Below are positions 56,497 through 64,000 of a DNA stretch of 64,000 nt, piece by piece. The position numbers and the translations under genes were made by a program. Location: assembly GCA_023255625.1 (NCBI GenBank), contig JAHFLF010000001.1:185766-249765 (forward strand), read 5' to 3'. Position 1 is the stretch's first letter. Each line of letters begins with the position of its first letter. Origin of the DNA: Candidatus Harrisonbacteria bacterium. GTDB lineage: Bacteria > Patescibacteriota > Minisyncoccia > UBA6257 > 1-14-0-10-44-23. The notes under the pieces are model-generated. The model made no database searches. It worked only from the letters and a program-made list of their open reading frames with translations, and was not told the origin of the DNA.

Positions 56497-57060
56497 ATGC
56501 CAATGCCAGATTCAGTCAAGCGTTTTCTCCGCCATAGCTGGGATAATCTCCAGATTATAGTCATTGCGCTGGCTGCGGCCTTTTTTGTCCGTTATTTTAT
56601 CGCTCAACCCTTCCTGGTCTCTGGCGCGAGTATGGAACCGAGCTTCCATGACGGCAATTTCCTGATCGTAGATGAGCTGACTTATCGCCTTAAAGAGCCG
56701 GAGCGGGGTGATGTAATCGTCTTTAAATACCCGGGCAATGAGAAAGAATACTTTATTAAAAGAATTATCGGCATTCCTGGAGAGACAATTGTAACTAGCG
56801 GTGATGTTATCACTATTACTGCTCAAGATGGAACAATGACAACACTCGTCGAGCCATATATCAAGCCAGACCTGCGAATAGCCGAGAATAAATCTGTAAC
56901 ATTATCAGAGAAAGAATATTTTGTAATGGGCGACAACCGGGGCAACAGTTTCGACTCCCGCAGTTGGGGCCCGCTCAACCAAAAAGAGATTACTGGGCTA
57001 GTCCGTCTGCGCGTCTTCCCCTTTAATGAGTTCGGCATAACCCCTGATGTAACCTACTAA
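56497..57060 (+). CDS. lepB: signal peptidase I
   Basis: V.GASMEP, RGDVIVF, IKRIIG.PG, GDNR.NS.DSR. Confidence 0.95.
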   Translation: MPMPDSVKRFLRHSWDNLQIIVIALAAAFFVRYFIAQPFLVSGASMEPSFHDGNFLIVDELTYRLKEPERGDVIVFKYPGNEKEYFIKRIIGIPGETIVTSGDVITITAQDGTMTTLVEPYIKPDLRIAENKSVTLSEKEYFVMGDNRGNSFDSRSWGPLNQKEITGLVRLRVFPFNEFGITPDVTY

Positions 57061-57067
57061 TCTTCAC

Positions 57068-58390
57068 ATGCAAACCAAACCAAAAAATAAGAAACCAGCC
57101 GGCGAAGCATCGACCACTTTTCAATCGGTCAAAGGCATGCACGATGTGCTGCCGGCGGAGTCCTGTGTTCAAGAAAAGATCTACCGTCTGGCCAGAGAAA
57201 TTCTTGAATTCTACAATTTTAACAGCATAGCCACCCCGCTGGTTGAATATCTTGGACTATATAATCGCACCACCGGCGAGGCCACCGATATTGTTGAAAA
57301 GCAAATGTTCACTCTAAAGACTAAGGGCGGCGAAACCCTGGCGCTACGCCCGGAATTCACGCCGGGGATTGGCCGTGCCTATATCCAGCACGGAATGAGC
57401 CACTACCCGCACCCGGTTAAACTTTTTACAATCGGGCCGCTTTTCCGCTATGAGCAACCCCAGGCCGGCCGTTTTCGCCAGTTTAACCAAATCGATGCTG
57501 AAATTTTCAGTACAGAAAATGATGCAATTTATGATGCACAGGGTATCTTGGCCTGCTACCGCATCTTGGATGAACTGAAAATAAAAAATCTGATCATTAA
57601 TATCAATACTATTGGTTGCATAACTTGCCGGCCAAATTACCGGAAAGCGCTCGTTAGTTACTATAAAAATAAAGAGAAGCAGCTTTGCACAGATTGCAAA
57701 CGCCGTTTGCCGGTAAATCCGCTGCGACTTTTGGATTGCAAGGAGCCGATTTGCCAACCCCTAAAAGAACAAGCCCCGAACACGCTCGACTATGTCTGCG
57801 CTACCTGTAAAAAACACTTTAAGGAAGTTTTAGAATATCTGGATAATTTAGCTCTCCCATATGCTCTCAATCCCTATCTGGTTCGGGGTCTAGATTATTA
57901 TTCCAAAACGGTTTTCGAAATAAATACTCAACCCGCAGAGGGAGAAGAAAAAATCGACTTTGCTCTTGGCGGCGGCGGCCGCTATGACTACCTTATTGAA
58001 GAACTCGGCGGCCGACCAACTTCGGCCTTTGGCTGGGCGCTTGGCGTTGAACGGATTATCGATGTCCTGCACACCCGGAATATCCTCCCCTCCTCCCGAC
58101 CGAAAGAAAAAGTATTCTTAATCCACATCGGCGACCTGGCTAAGAGAAAATCACTCTGCTTAATCGAAACCCTGCGCCACGCTCACATAAATGTAATTGA
58201 ATCTCTTGGTAAGGAATCGTTGGCAGCACAGTTGCGCGCGGCCGACAAAGCAGATGCGCCACTCGCCCTGATTTTTGGTCAAAAGGAGGCCTATGAAGAA
58301 TCGATAATTATTCGCGACATGAAAACTGGTGCGCAGGAGATGGTGCCACTGACTAAGCTGCCGGAAATGATTAAGAGGAAACTCAACTAG
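57068..58390 (+). CDS. hisS: histidine--tRNA ligase
   Basis: LRPEFT, FRYEQPQAGRFRQF, LVRGLDYY, GGGRYD. Confidence 0.97.
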   Translation: MQTKPKNKKPAGEASTTFQSVKGMHDVLPAESCVQEKIYRLAREILEFYNFNSIATPLVEYLGLYNRTTGEATDIVEKQMFTLKTKGGETLALRPEFTPGIGRAYIQHGMSHYPHPVKLFTIGPLFRYEQPQAGRFRQFNQIDAEIFSTENDAIYDAQGILACYRILDELKIKNLIININTIGCITCRPNYRKALVSYYKNKEKQLCTDCKRRLPVNPLRLLDCKEPICQPLKEQAPNTLDYVCATCKKHFKEVLEYLDNLALPYALNPYLVRGLDYYSKTVFEINTQPAEGEEKIDFALGGGGRYDYLIEELGGRPTSAFGWALGVERIIDVLHTRNILPSSRPKEKVFLIHIGDLAKRKSLCLIETLRHAHINVIESLGKESLAAQLRAADKADAPLALIFGQKEAYEESIIIRDMKTGAQEMVPLTKLPEMIKRKLN

Positions 58391-58490
58391 ATGATACTAG
58401 AAGCTGCTAGATGCTACTAAAGATGCTGCTAGTAGAATAAAATTCTAATTCGTATCCCCTAGCAGCATCTAAAACTTCTAGCAACTTCTA
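58387..58490. repeat. family E element
   Basis: ctagaagctgctagatgctactaaagatgctgctag ... ctagcagcatctaaaacttctagcaacttcta. Confidence 0.8.
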
Positions 58491-58906
58491 TGGATTGCCT
58501 CTTCTGCTCTATCATCGCCAAAAATATTCCTAGTAAGATCGTCTACGAAGACGATCAAACACTCGCCTTTTTAGATATCCAGCCACTCGCCGCCGGCCAC
58601 ACCGTGATTGTGCCAAAGCATCACGCAGACCGCATCGCTGCTCTACCAGAAGAATTCGCCGGCCCGCTCGGATTGACGGTCAGGCGAGTTTCTGATATCT
58701 TACATAAATCGCTGGCACCGGAGGGATTTACTATTGGTATCAATGATGGGGTTGGCGCTCACCAAGGAGTCGGCCACCTGCATATCCATGTTATCCCCCG
58801 CTGGCTCGCTGATCAAGGCGGCAATCTGCACAGCATCATCAAAAACCCGCCAACCATGTCTCTCGACGAAGTCGCAAAAAAACTAGCAGCTTCTAGCAGC
58901 ATCTAA
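58490..58906 (+). CDS. HIT family hydrolase
   Basis: CLFC, AFLDI.P, HLHIHVIPR. Confidence 0.95.
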   Translation: MDCLFCSIIAKNIPSKIVYEDDQTLAFLDIQPLAAGHTVIVPKHHADRIAALPEEFAGPLGLTVRRVSDILHKSLAPEGFTIGINDGVGAHQGVGHLHIHVIPRWLADQGGNLHSIIKNPPTMSLDEVAKKLAASSSI

Positions 58907-58935
58907 TACCTCTAATTACTAATTCCTCTACCCCT

Positions 58936-59160
58936 ATGCTCTCTGTCCGAAAACGAGAAAGTGAATCCGCCACCTCGCTCATGTACCGTTTCAACAAACG
59001 GATGAAACAAAGCGGTGTGGTCAAGGAGGTGCGCAAGCGCCGCTTTACCGACCGTCCGGTGTCTAAACTCAAACGAAAGCAATCAGCAGTGCACCGCGAA
59101 GTTATGAAAAAAGATTTCCTGCATAAGAAAAAAATGGGTCTGACCAGTCCCCTGCGATAA
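58936..59160 (+). CDS. rpsU: 30S ribosomal protein S21
   Basis: ES..SL..RF.K..KQSGV.KEVRKRRF; position between hit and yqeY. Confidence 0.85.
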   Translation: MLSVRKRESESATSLMYRFNKRMKQSGVVKEVRKRRFTDRPVSKLKRKQSAVHREVMKKDFLHKKKMGLTSPLR

Positions 59161-59364
59161 TACTATGATTACCAAATTTACAAACATCTGCAGCCGTCGT
59201 GCGGCCTCACAATTCGAGGTCGTCTTCGAGTGTTTGTAATACTGATTTACTAAATCTACGAACTTTCCAAAGCGGCCTCGAGTACAGGCCGCTTTGCGTT
59301 TATCGGAGAAGCTAGCGTAGAAGAATAAAAAAACAAGGTTCGCCCTGCGGGGCAAGGAGGAGAG

Positions 59365-59823
59365 ATGTCGAAGCAAACACTGACTGTCGTAACCGAGCTC
59401 AAGCTCGGCAGAGTAACCAGGGCGCATGTGGCGTCCGTCGAGCAACTCCGCGCGAATCGCGAAGAGGCCTGCAGCTACTCTCGCCTGCTCATGCCGAGGC
59501 AGATCAGATGGTCGCTCGGGACAATCCAAATCGTCTGCGCTACCGCCGAAGAAGTTCAGGGTATCGGCGTTGGTGTCTGGGAGGCGGTCGCGGCGGCGAC
59601 ACTGCTCGATCAGAAGGAGGATCTCCTAGAAGTTTACTTCTGCCCGCCAAAGGCGGAGTGGGAGGAGATCACCTTCATGCCCCTGGATCAGTGCGACAAG
59701 CGTGCTGTCGTATCCTTGGTCACAATATATCGTCGAGAACCGCGCAGGAACCGACGATGCCTATATCTACGCCCCTCTGTACCACGACTGCGCAAGGAAC
59801 AACTCTTCGCGGTTCGTATCTGA
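59365..59823 (+). CDS. hypothetical protein
   Basis: GC-rich ORF with AAGGAGG SD. Confidence 0.55.
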   Translation: MSKQTLTVVTELKLGRVTRAHVASVEQLRANREEACSYSRLLMPRQIRWSLGTIQIVCATAEEVQGIGVGVWEAVAAATLLDQKEDLLEVYFCPPKAEWEEITFMPLDQCDKRAVVSLVTIYRREPRRNRRCLYLRPSVPRLRKEQLFAVRI

Positions 59824-59898
59824 CCGGGCAAGAACACGCACCATTGGAGTCGGCCGCTGAGGCGACCGACTCCAAGGAAAGATAAATTAATAACATCT

Positions 59899-61212
59899 AT
59901 GAAAAAACTCTGGCAGAAAAATTGGCAACTCAATAAAGCAGTAGAAATTTTTGAAACGCAAGACGACATCGCCCTTGATAGCTTTATTGCTCCTTTTGAT
60001 ATCTTAGCTTCAATTGCCCACGCAAAGATGCTTTCCAAAATCGGAATTATCACTCAAATAGAATATAAAAAACTGTGTGCTGGCTTAACAGAAATCCAGA
60101 CTCTTGTTGACACCGGAAAGTTTAAGCTAAAAATTGGCGATGAAGACATACATACAAAAATTGAAAACTTTTTAACGAAACGCTATGGCACGGCCGGCAA
60201 GAAAATTCATACCGGTAGGTCTAGAAATGATCAAGTGCTAACGGCATTACGACTGTTCATGATAGACGCCTTACTTGATATACATACACAAACCTTGGAT
60301 CTTGCCGCTGCATTTGTAAAAATTGCTAAAAAATACGAATTTGTGCCAATGCCCGGCTACACCCATATGCAAAGAGCGATGCCTTCATCTGTTGGTGTCT
60401 GGCTCGGCAGCTTCACAGAATCACTCCTCGATGACGCAAGCGCAATTAGCGCGGCTATTACCCTTATTAATCAATCCCCGCTCGGCTCTGCCGCGGGCTA
60501 CGGTGTGCCGCTTAAACTGAATAGAGAGATGACCGCAAGGTTGCTGGGCTTCGATCGAATACAAGCAAATGTGCTCTACTGCCAAAACTCAAGAGGCAAA
60601 CTCGAAGCGGTTGCGCTCGCAGCGCTCGTGAACATATTAAGCACCGTCAACCGGTTCGCAAACGACCTCCTACTCTTTACTACAAAAGAATTTGATTTTT
60701 TCTCGCTGAACGATAGTCTTTTTTCTGGCAGCAGCATCATGCCGCAAAAACGGAATCTTGATCTCGCGGAGCTTCTGCGTGCAAGTGTCAAAAAAGTTTT
60801 GGCAAATTACACGCTTGTCGCCAACCTCCCGCTTGATCTCATGTCAGGATATAATCGAGATTTGCAGGATTGCAAAAAACCAATCATCGAGAGCATGATC
60901 ACTACTAAGCAATCTCTTAAAATGATGCAACTGCTTATCCATTCTCTAAAACCTAATCAAAAGAAGCTCACAGGTGCATGTTCAAAAGAAATATTCGCAA
61001 CGCATGCAGCGCTCAAATTAGTTAAGCGCGGTTCATCGTTCAGAGATGCATATCGTATAGTCGCTGGCGGGATTGAAAACCTGGACAGTATCAATGTCGA
61101 AATGATTCTACGCGAGAGCACACACACGGGCGCAACAGGAAATCTGCAGCTTGGGAAACTTGCTCAGAAAATAAGGGAAAAACAAAAAATATTGCTACGC
61201 AATAACAAATAA
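59899..61212 (+). CDS. argH: argininosuccinate lyase
   Basis: EDIH, HTGRSRNDQV, PGYTHMQRA, GSSIMPQKRN, GYNRDLQ. Confidence 0.95.
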   Translation: MKKLWQKNWQLNKAVEIFETQDDIALDSFIAPFDILASIAHAKMLSKIGIITQIEYKKLCAGLTEIQTLVDTGKFKLKIGDEDIHTKIENFLTKRYGTAGKKIHTGRSRNDQVLTALRLFMIDALLDIHTQTLDLAAAFVKIAKKYEFVPMPGYTHMQRAMPSSVGVWLGSFTESLLDDASAISAAITLINQSPLGSAAGYGVPLKLNREMTARLLGFDRIQANVLYCQNSRGKLEAVALAALVNILSTVNRFANDLLLFTTKEFDFFSLNDSLFSGSSIMPQKRNLDLAELLRASVKKVLANYTLVANLPLDLMSGYNRDLQDCKKPIIESMITTKQSLKMMQLLIHSLKPNQKKLTGACSKEIFATHAALKLVKRGSSFRDAYRIVAGGIENLDSINVEMILRESTHTGATGNLQLGKLAQKIREKQKILLRNNK

Positions 61213-61226
61213 CGTACAATATCATC

Positions 61227-61706
61227 ATGGAAACACCAAGCAAATTACCAGCCATCGTTAAGGTGAACTTGCAGCAAGCTAATGCTATCTTCCAAGAATA
61301 TACACACGAGCCGGTACTTAATTACGAGACGGCTGCAAAAGTTTCTGCGCGGCTCGGCATCACCGGAACCGAAAGTAAATGTCTTTTTGCGAAGACGAAA
61401 TCAAATCGCTATTTCATGCTTGTGACAACCCAAGAAACTCGGGCAGATTGGAAAGCACTCAAGCAGCTCACCGGCGAATCATTATCGATGTGTTCTGGCG
61501 ACGAGCTGCTGTCGGTAACGGGATATGTTCCCGGCTGTGCAGGACCCTTCGCTCTTCCTGCGAGCGTAATCGTTATTGCTGATTCAAAGATATTTACTCT
61601 AGAAAAGTATGTCTTTTCCGGCGGCATACCGGAAATAACGCTAGTCATTTCCGGGGCGGATCTCAAGAAAGCAATTGATATTATTCCGAGGCATCTTATT
61701 CTATAA
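61227..61706 (+). CDS. YbaK/ProX-family aminoacyl-tRNA deacylase
   Basis: H.PV, SK.LF.K, TGYVPGCAGPF. Confidence 0.85.
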   Translation: METPSKLPAIVKVNLQQANAIFQEYTHEPVLNYETAAKVSARLGITGTESKCLFAKTKSNRYFMLVTTQETRADWKALKQLTGESLSMCSGDELLSVTGYVPGCAGPFALPASVIVIADSKIFTLEKYVFSGGIPEITLVISGADLKKAIDIIPRHLIL

Positions 61707-61725
61707 GTAGACAGAGCATGCCTGA

Positions 61726-61833
61726 ATTGGTATCATTCGCATTATTCAGTAATCACTAACACACTAATCAATACCGAATGCGCGAATGAATCTATTAGCA
61801 TATTAGCTTCAATTCGTATGTTCGCGAATACTG
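61726..61833. repeat. family D element
   Basis: cagtaatcactaacacactaat ... attcgtatgttcgcgaatactg; shares ATTGGTATCATTCG with the GxxExxY right flank. Confidence 0.75.
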
Positions 61834-61835
61834 TT

Positions 61836-62291
61836 ATGACATTCAAAGAACAACTGATGACTGATATTAAGACCGCTATGAAGGCGGGAAATCATGAAGA
61901 ATTAACCACCTTACGCGGGCTTTCTTCGGTTATTAAAAATACAGAAATTGCCAAACAGATGAAACAGGGCGCATCGGCAACTATCACTGATGAGGAAATC
62001 ATGAATGTTCTTTTAACTGAAGCTAAAAAGAGAAAAGACGCCATCGCCGCTTTTATGACTGGCGGCCGACCGGAACTGGCCGAAGCAGAACAAAAAGAGT
62101 TGCTAGTTGTCGGCCGGTATCTGCCAAAGCAAATGTCAGCAGAGGAAACAGCAGCAGCAGTGGAGACAATTATTGCTGCTGCAGGTGCGAAAGACTTCCC
62201 GGGTGCGATGAAGGCAGTGATGGCCGAGCTCCGTGGCAAAGCAGATACCGGTGCGATCGCGGAGCAGATCAAAAAGAAATTCGGAAAATGA
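61836..62291 (+). CDS. yqeY: GatB/YqeY domain protein
   Basis: DIKTAMKA, KKRKDA, GRPELAE.E..EL, YLPKQMS. Confidence 0.93.
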   Translation: MTFKEQLMTDIKTAMKAGNHEELTTLRGLSSVIKNTEIAKQMKQGASATITDEEIMNVLLTEAKKRKDAIAAFMTGGRPELAEAEQKELLVVGRYLPKQMSAEETAAAVETIIAAAGAKDFPGAMKAVMAELRGKADTGAIAEQIKKKFGK

Positions 62292-62665
62292 TCTCTGTTG
62301 CTGTTCTTGATGTGTCGGCTAAAAGGTACGAGAAAAAAATTACACATGCAGCCCACGAGCTTGTCATTCTTTTATCTATTACAAGAAAGCATGTTGATAT
62401 CCTGCTCGTTGGCGACAAGCAGATGCAAAAAAATGTTCTGGCCTTTCCGGCCGATCCTGGCTTCCCCCGCCCAGACCTAACTGAACCATCGCTTGGCGAG
62501 ATTCATCTAAACCCAACATATATTCAAGCGCATAATGAAGACTTATTACTCATGCTCACACATGGATTTCTACATCTGCTTGGCTACGATCACGAGAACA
62601 GCCGTGATAGAATAGTGATGGAGAAAAAGGAGCGAGAACTTCTCGCGAAACTGGCTAATTTCTAA
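62288..62665 (+). CDS. ybeY: rRNA maturation endoribonuclease YbeY
   Basis: NVLAFP, LGEI, HGFLHLLGYDH. Confidence 0.93.
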   Translation: MISVAVLDVSAKRYEKKITHAAHELVILLSITRKHVDILLVGDKQMQKNVLAFPADPGFPRPDLTEPSLGEIHLNPTYIQAHNEDLLLMLTHGFLHLLGYDHENSRDRIVMEKKERELLAKLANF

Positions 62666-62764
62666 TTTAAAATTTCTAATTCCTAAACAATTTCTAATGT
62701 TTTAATTTTGAAATTTAAGCATTGAGATATTGTTTGAAAATTGAAAATTAGAAATTGAAAATTA
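62656..62764. repeat. family A element
   Basis: taatttctaatttaaaatttctaattcctaaacaat ... attgtttgaaaattgaaaattagaaattgaaaatta. Confidence 0.85.
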
Positions 62765-62776
62765 CTCTGCTACCCC

Positions 62777-64000
62777 ATGACCTATCGCATCGGCCTCGAC
62801 ATCGGCAGTCATACTATCCGGCTCGCGCTCGCGACTGTTGAGCGCGACGGCCTTGTTACACTAACGCATCTTTTACAAAGCCCTTCTGCTGGTATGCGCC
62901 GCGGCGTAGTTGATAACCCAACGCAGCTAACCCAAGCTCTTTCTGTACCAATTGGCACGATAAAAAATATCGCCCGCAGCTCACTTAAACATATCTCTCT
63001 GGCAGTAGCCAGTCCGGATTTCCGGGTTCAGCTAAGCCGTGGTGTAGTCGCTGTCTCGCGGGCAGATGACGAAATTCAGACTGATGACATGCAGCGAGCA
63101 CTACAATCGGCTCGTGCTATAACCACGCAACAAAATCGCATGATTATCGACTCGACAATCAAAGAATTTGTCGTCGATGGCATTAATAATATTATGGATC
63201 CAATCGGCATGCTCGGAAAACGATTGGAGGTTGTTTTAATGCTCATCGATGCATTTGCCCCAGCGCTAAAATCAATGCAGCGCACAGTAGAAACGCTCGG
63301 TGGCGGAGTCGAAAATCTGATCATCAGCCCACTCTCCGCCAGCCATGCCGTGCTTTCCCGCGATCAAAAAGAGCACGGCGTTCTTTTGGTTGATATTGGC
63401 TATGCCAAGACCGGCGTCGCTATTTATGAAGAGGGTCGGCTGGCGCATGTTGCAGTTCTACCGGTCGGTAGTGGCGCGGTCACAAACGACCTGGCAATTG
63501 GCCTGCGCATACCTATAGATATAGCCGAAACTATCAAACTTTCTTACGGATCGGCCCTCGCAAAAGAGGTCTCCTCGCGTGATGCTATTGAACTTGGCAA
63601 AATAGACCCGCGTGTTAAAGGTACGGTAACGCGCAAGTTCATTGCCGAGATTATCGAGGACAGACTTGCCGAAATCTTTGAACTCGTGAATAATGAGGTC
63701 AAACGGGCTCATAAACTAAGTCGAATCCCGGCAGGTATCTTGCTGACGGGCGGCGGGGCCAAAATGCCCGCTATAACTGAATTAGCCCGCCAGGAGCTCC
63801 GGTTGTCAGCCCAAGTGGGTATTCCATCTCTTTCCAGCATCACTAGCCCGAATACTGATCTGACTATCGCAGCAGAGGATCCGGCCTGCGCCACGGTTTT
63901 GGGGCTGCTCACATACCCAGGCCAAGAAGGAAAGCCGGAGCAGGGATCCAAATATATTTCCCTTGGTGGCTCAACTTTAAAAAGAGTGCTCAACTACTTC
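62777..64000 (+). CDS. ftsA: cell division protein FtsA, runs off the right edge
   Basis: MTYRIGLDIGSHTIR, GMRRGVV, VDIG..KT, TNDLAIGL, LTGGGAK. Confidence 0.93.
   Translation, partial: MTYRIGLDIGSHTIRLALATVERDGLVTLTHLLQSPSAGMRRGVVDNPTQLTQALSVPIGTIKNIARSSLKHISLAVASPDFRVQLSRGVVAVSRADDEIQTDDMQRALQSARAITTQQNRMIIDSTIKEFVVDGINNIMDPIGMLGKRLEVVLMLIDAFAPALKSMQRTVETLGGGVENLIISPLSASHAVLSRDQKEHGVLLVDIGYAKTGVAIYEEGRLAHVAVLPVGSGAVTNDLAIGLRIPIDIAETIKLSYGSALAKEVSSRDAIELGKIDPRVKGTVTRKFIAEIIEDRLAEIFELVNNEVKRAHKLSRIPAGILLTGGGAKMPAITELARQELRLSAQVGIPSLSSITSPNTDLTIAAEDPACATVLGLLTYPGQEGKPEQGSKYISLGGSTLKRVLNYF

Noticed and set aside
1-64000. UGA recoding (genetic code 25) and the many antisense ORFs in the track
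   Set aside because: Conserved genes are intact in code 11 and several end in TGA. The short opposite-strand ORFs are shadows of well-supported genes.

Overview
The window looks like part of a Patescibacteria (CPR, Parcubacteria-like) chromosome in standard code 11. The left end (1-4440) is an accessory island downstream of rpsI. It carries a Pycsar anti-phage pair (TM effector plus a BcPycC-like pyrimidine cyclase) and an unassigned wHTH-PIN-2TM protein. Next come the infA-rpmJ-rpsM-rpsK-rpsD-rpoA-rplQ-rplM-rpsI cluster (RpoA lacks its C-terminal domain), clpB, htrA, iscS, fur, dsbB and ftsK. After these lie a YerC/TrpR-controlled locus (operator, leader peptide, GT-B glycosyltransferase, GH84 hydrolase), an N-truncated RF1, a GxxExxY gene between two receiver genes, and a BACON/PT-TG polymorphic toxin with a cognate immunity gene. 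The right half holds a signalling region with a variant SAM-I riboswitch, a type IV pilus locus with tandem pilins, and pth-lepB-hisS-hit-rpsU-(argH, ybaK)-yqeY-ybeY-ftsA. The most striking unexplained signal is a set of at least six families of short inverted low-complexity repeat elements. They fill most intergenic gaps, invade coding sequences in frame, and bracket the GxxExxY gene. A separate family of long hairpins has variable stems but a conserved cap. All calls come from reading the sequence by eye, with no database searches.
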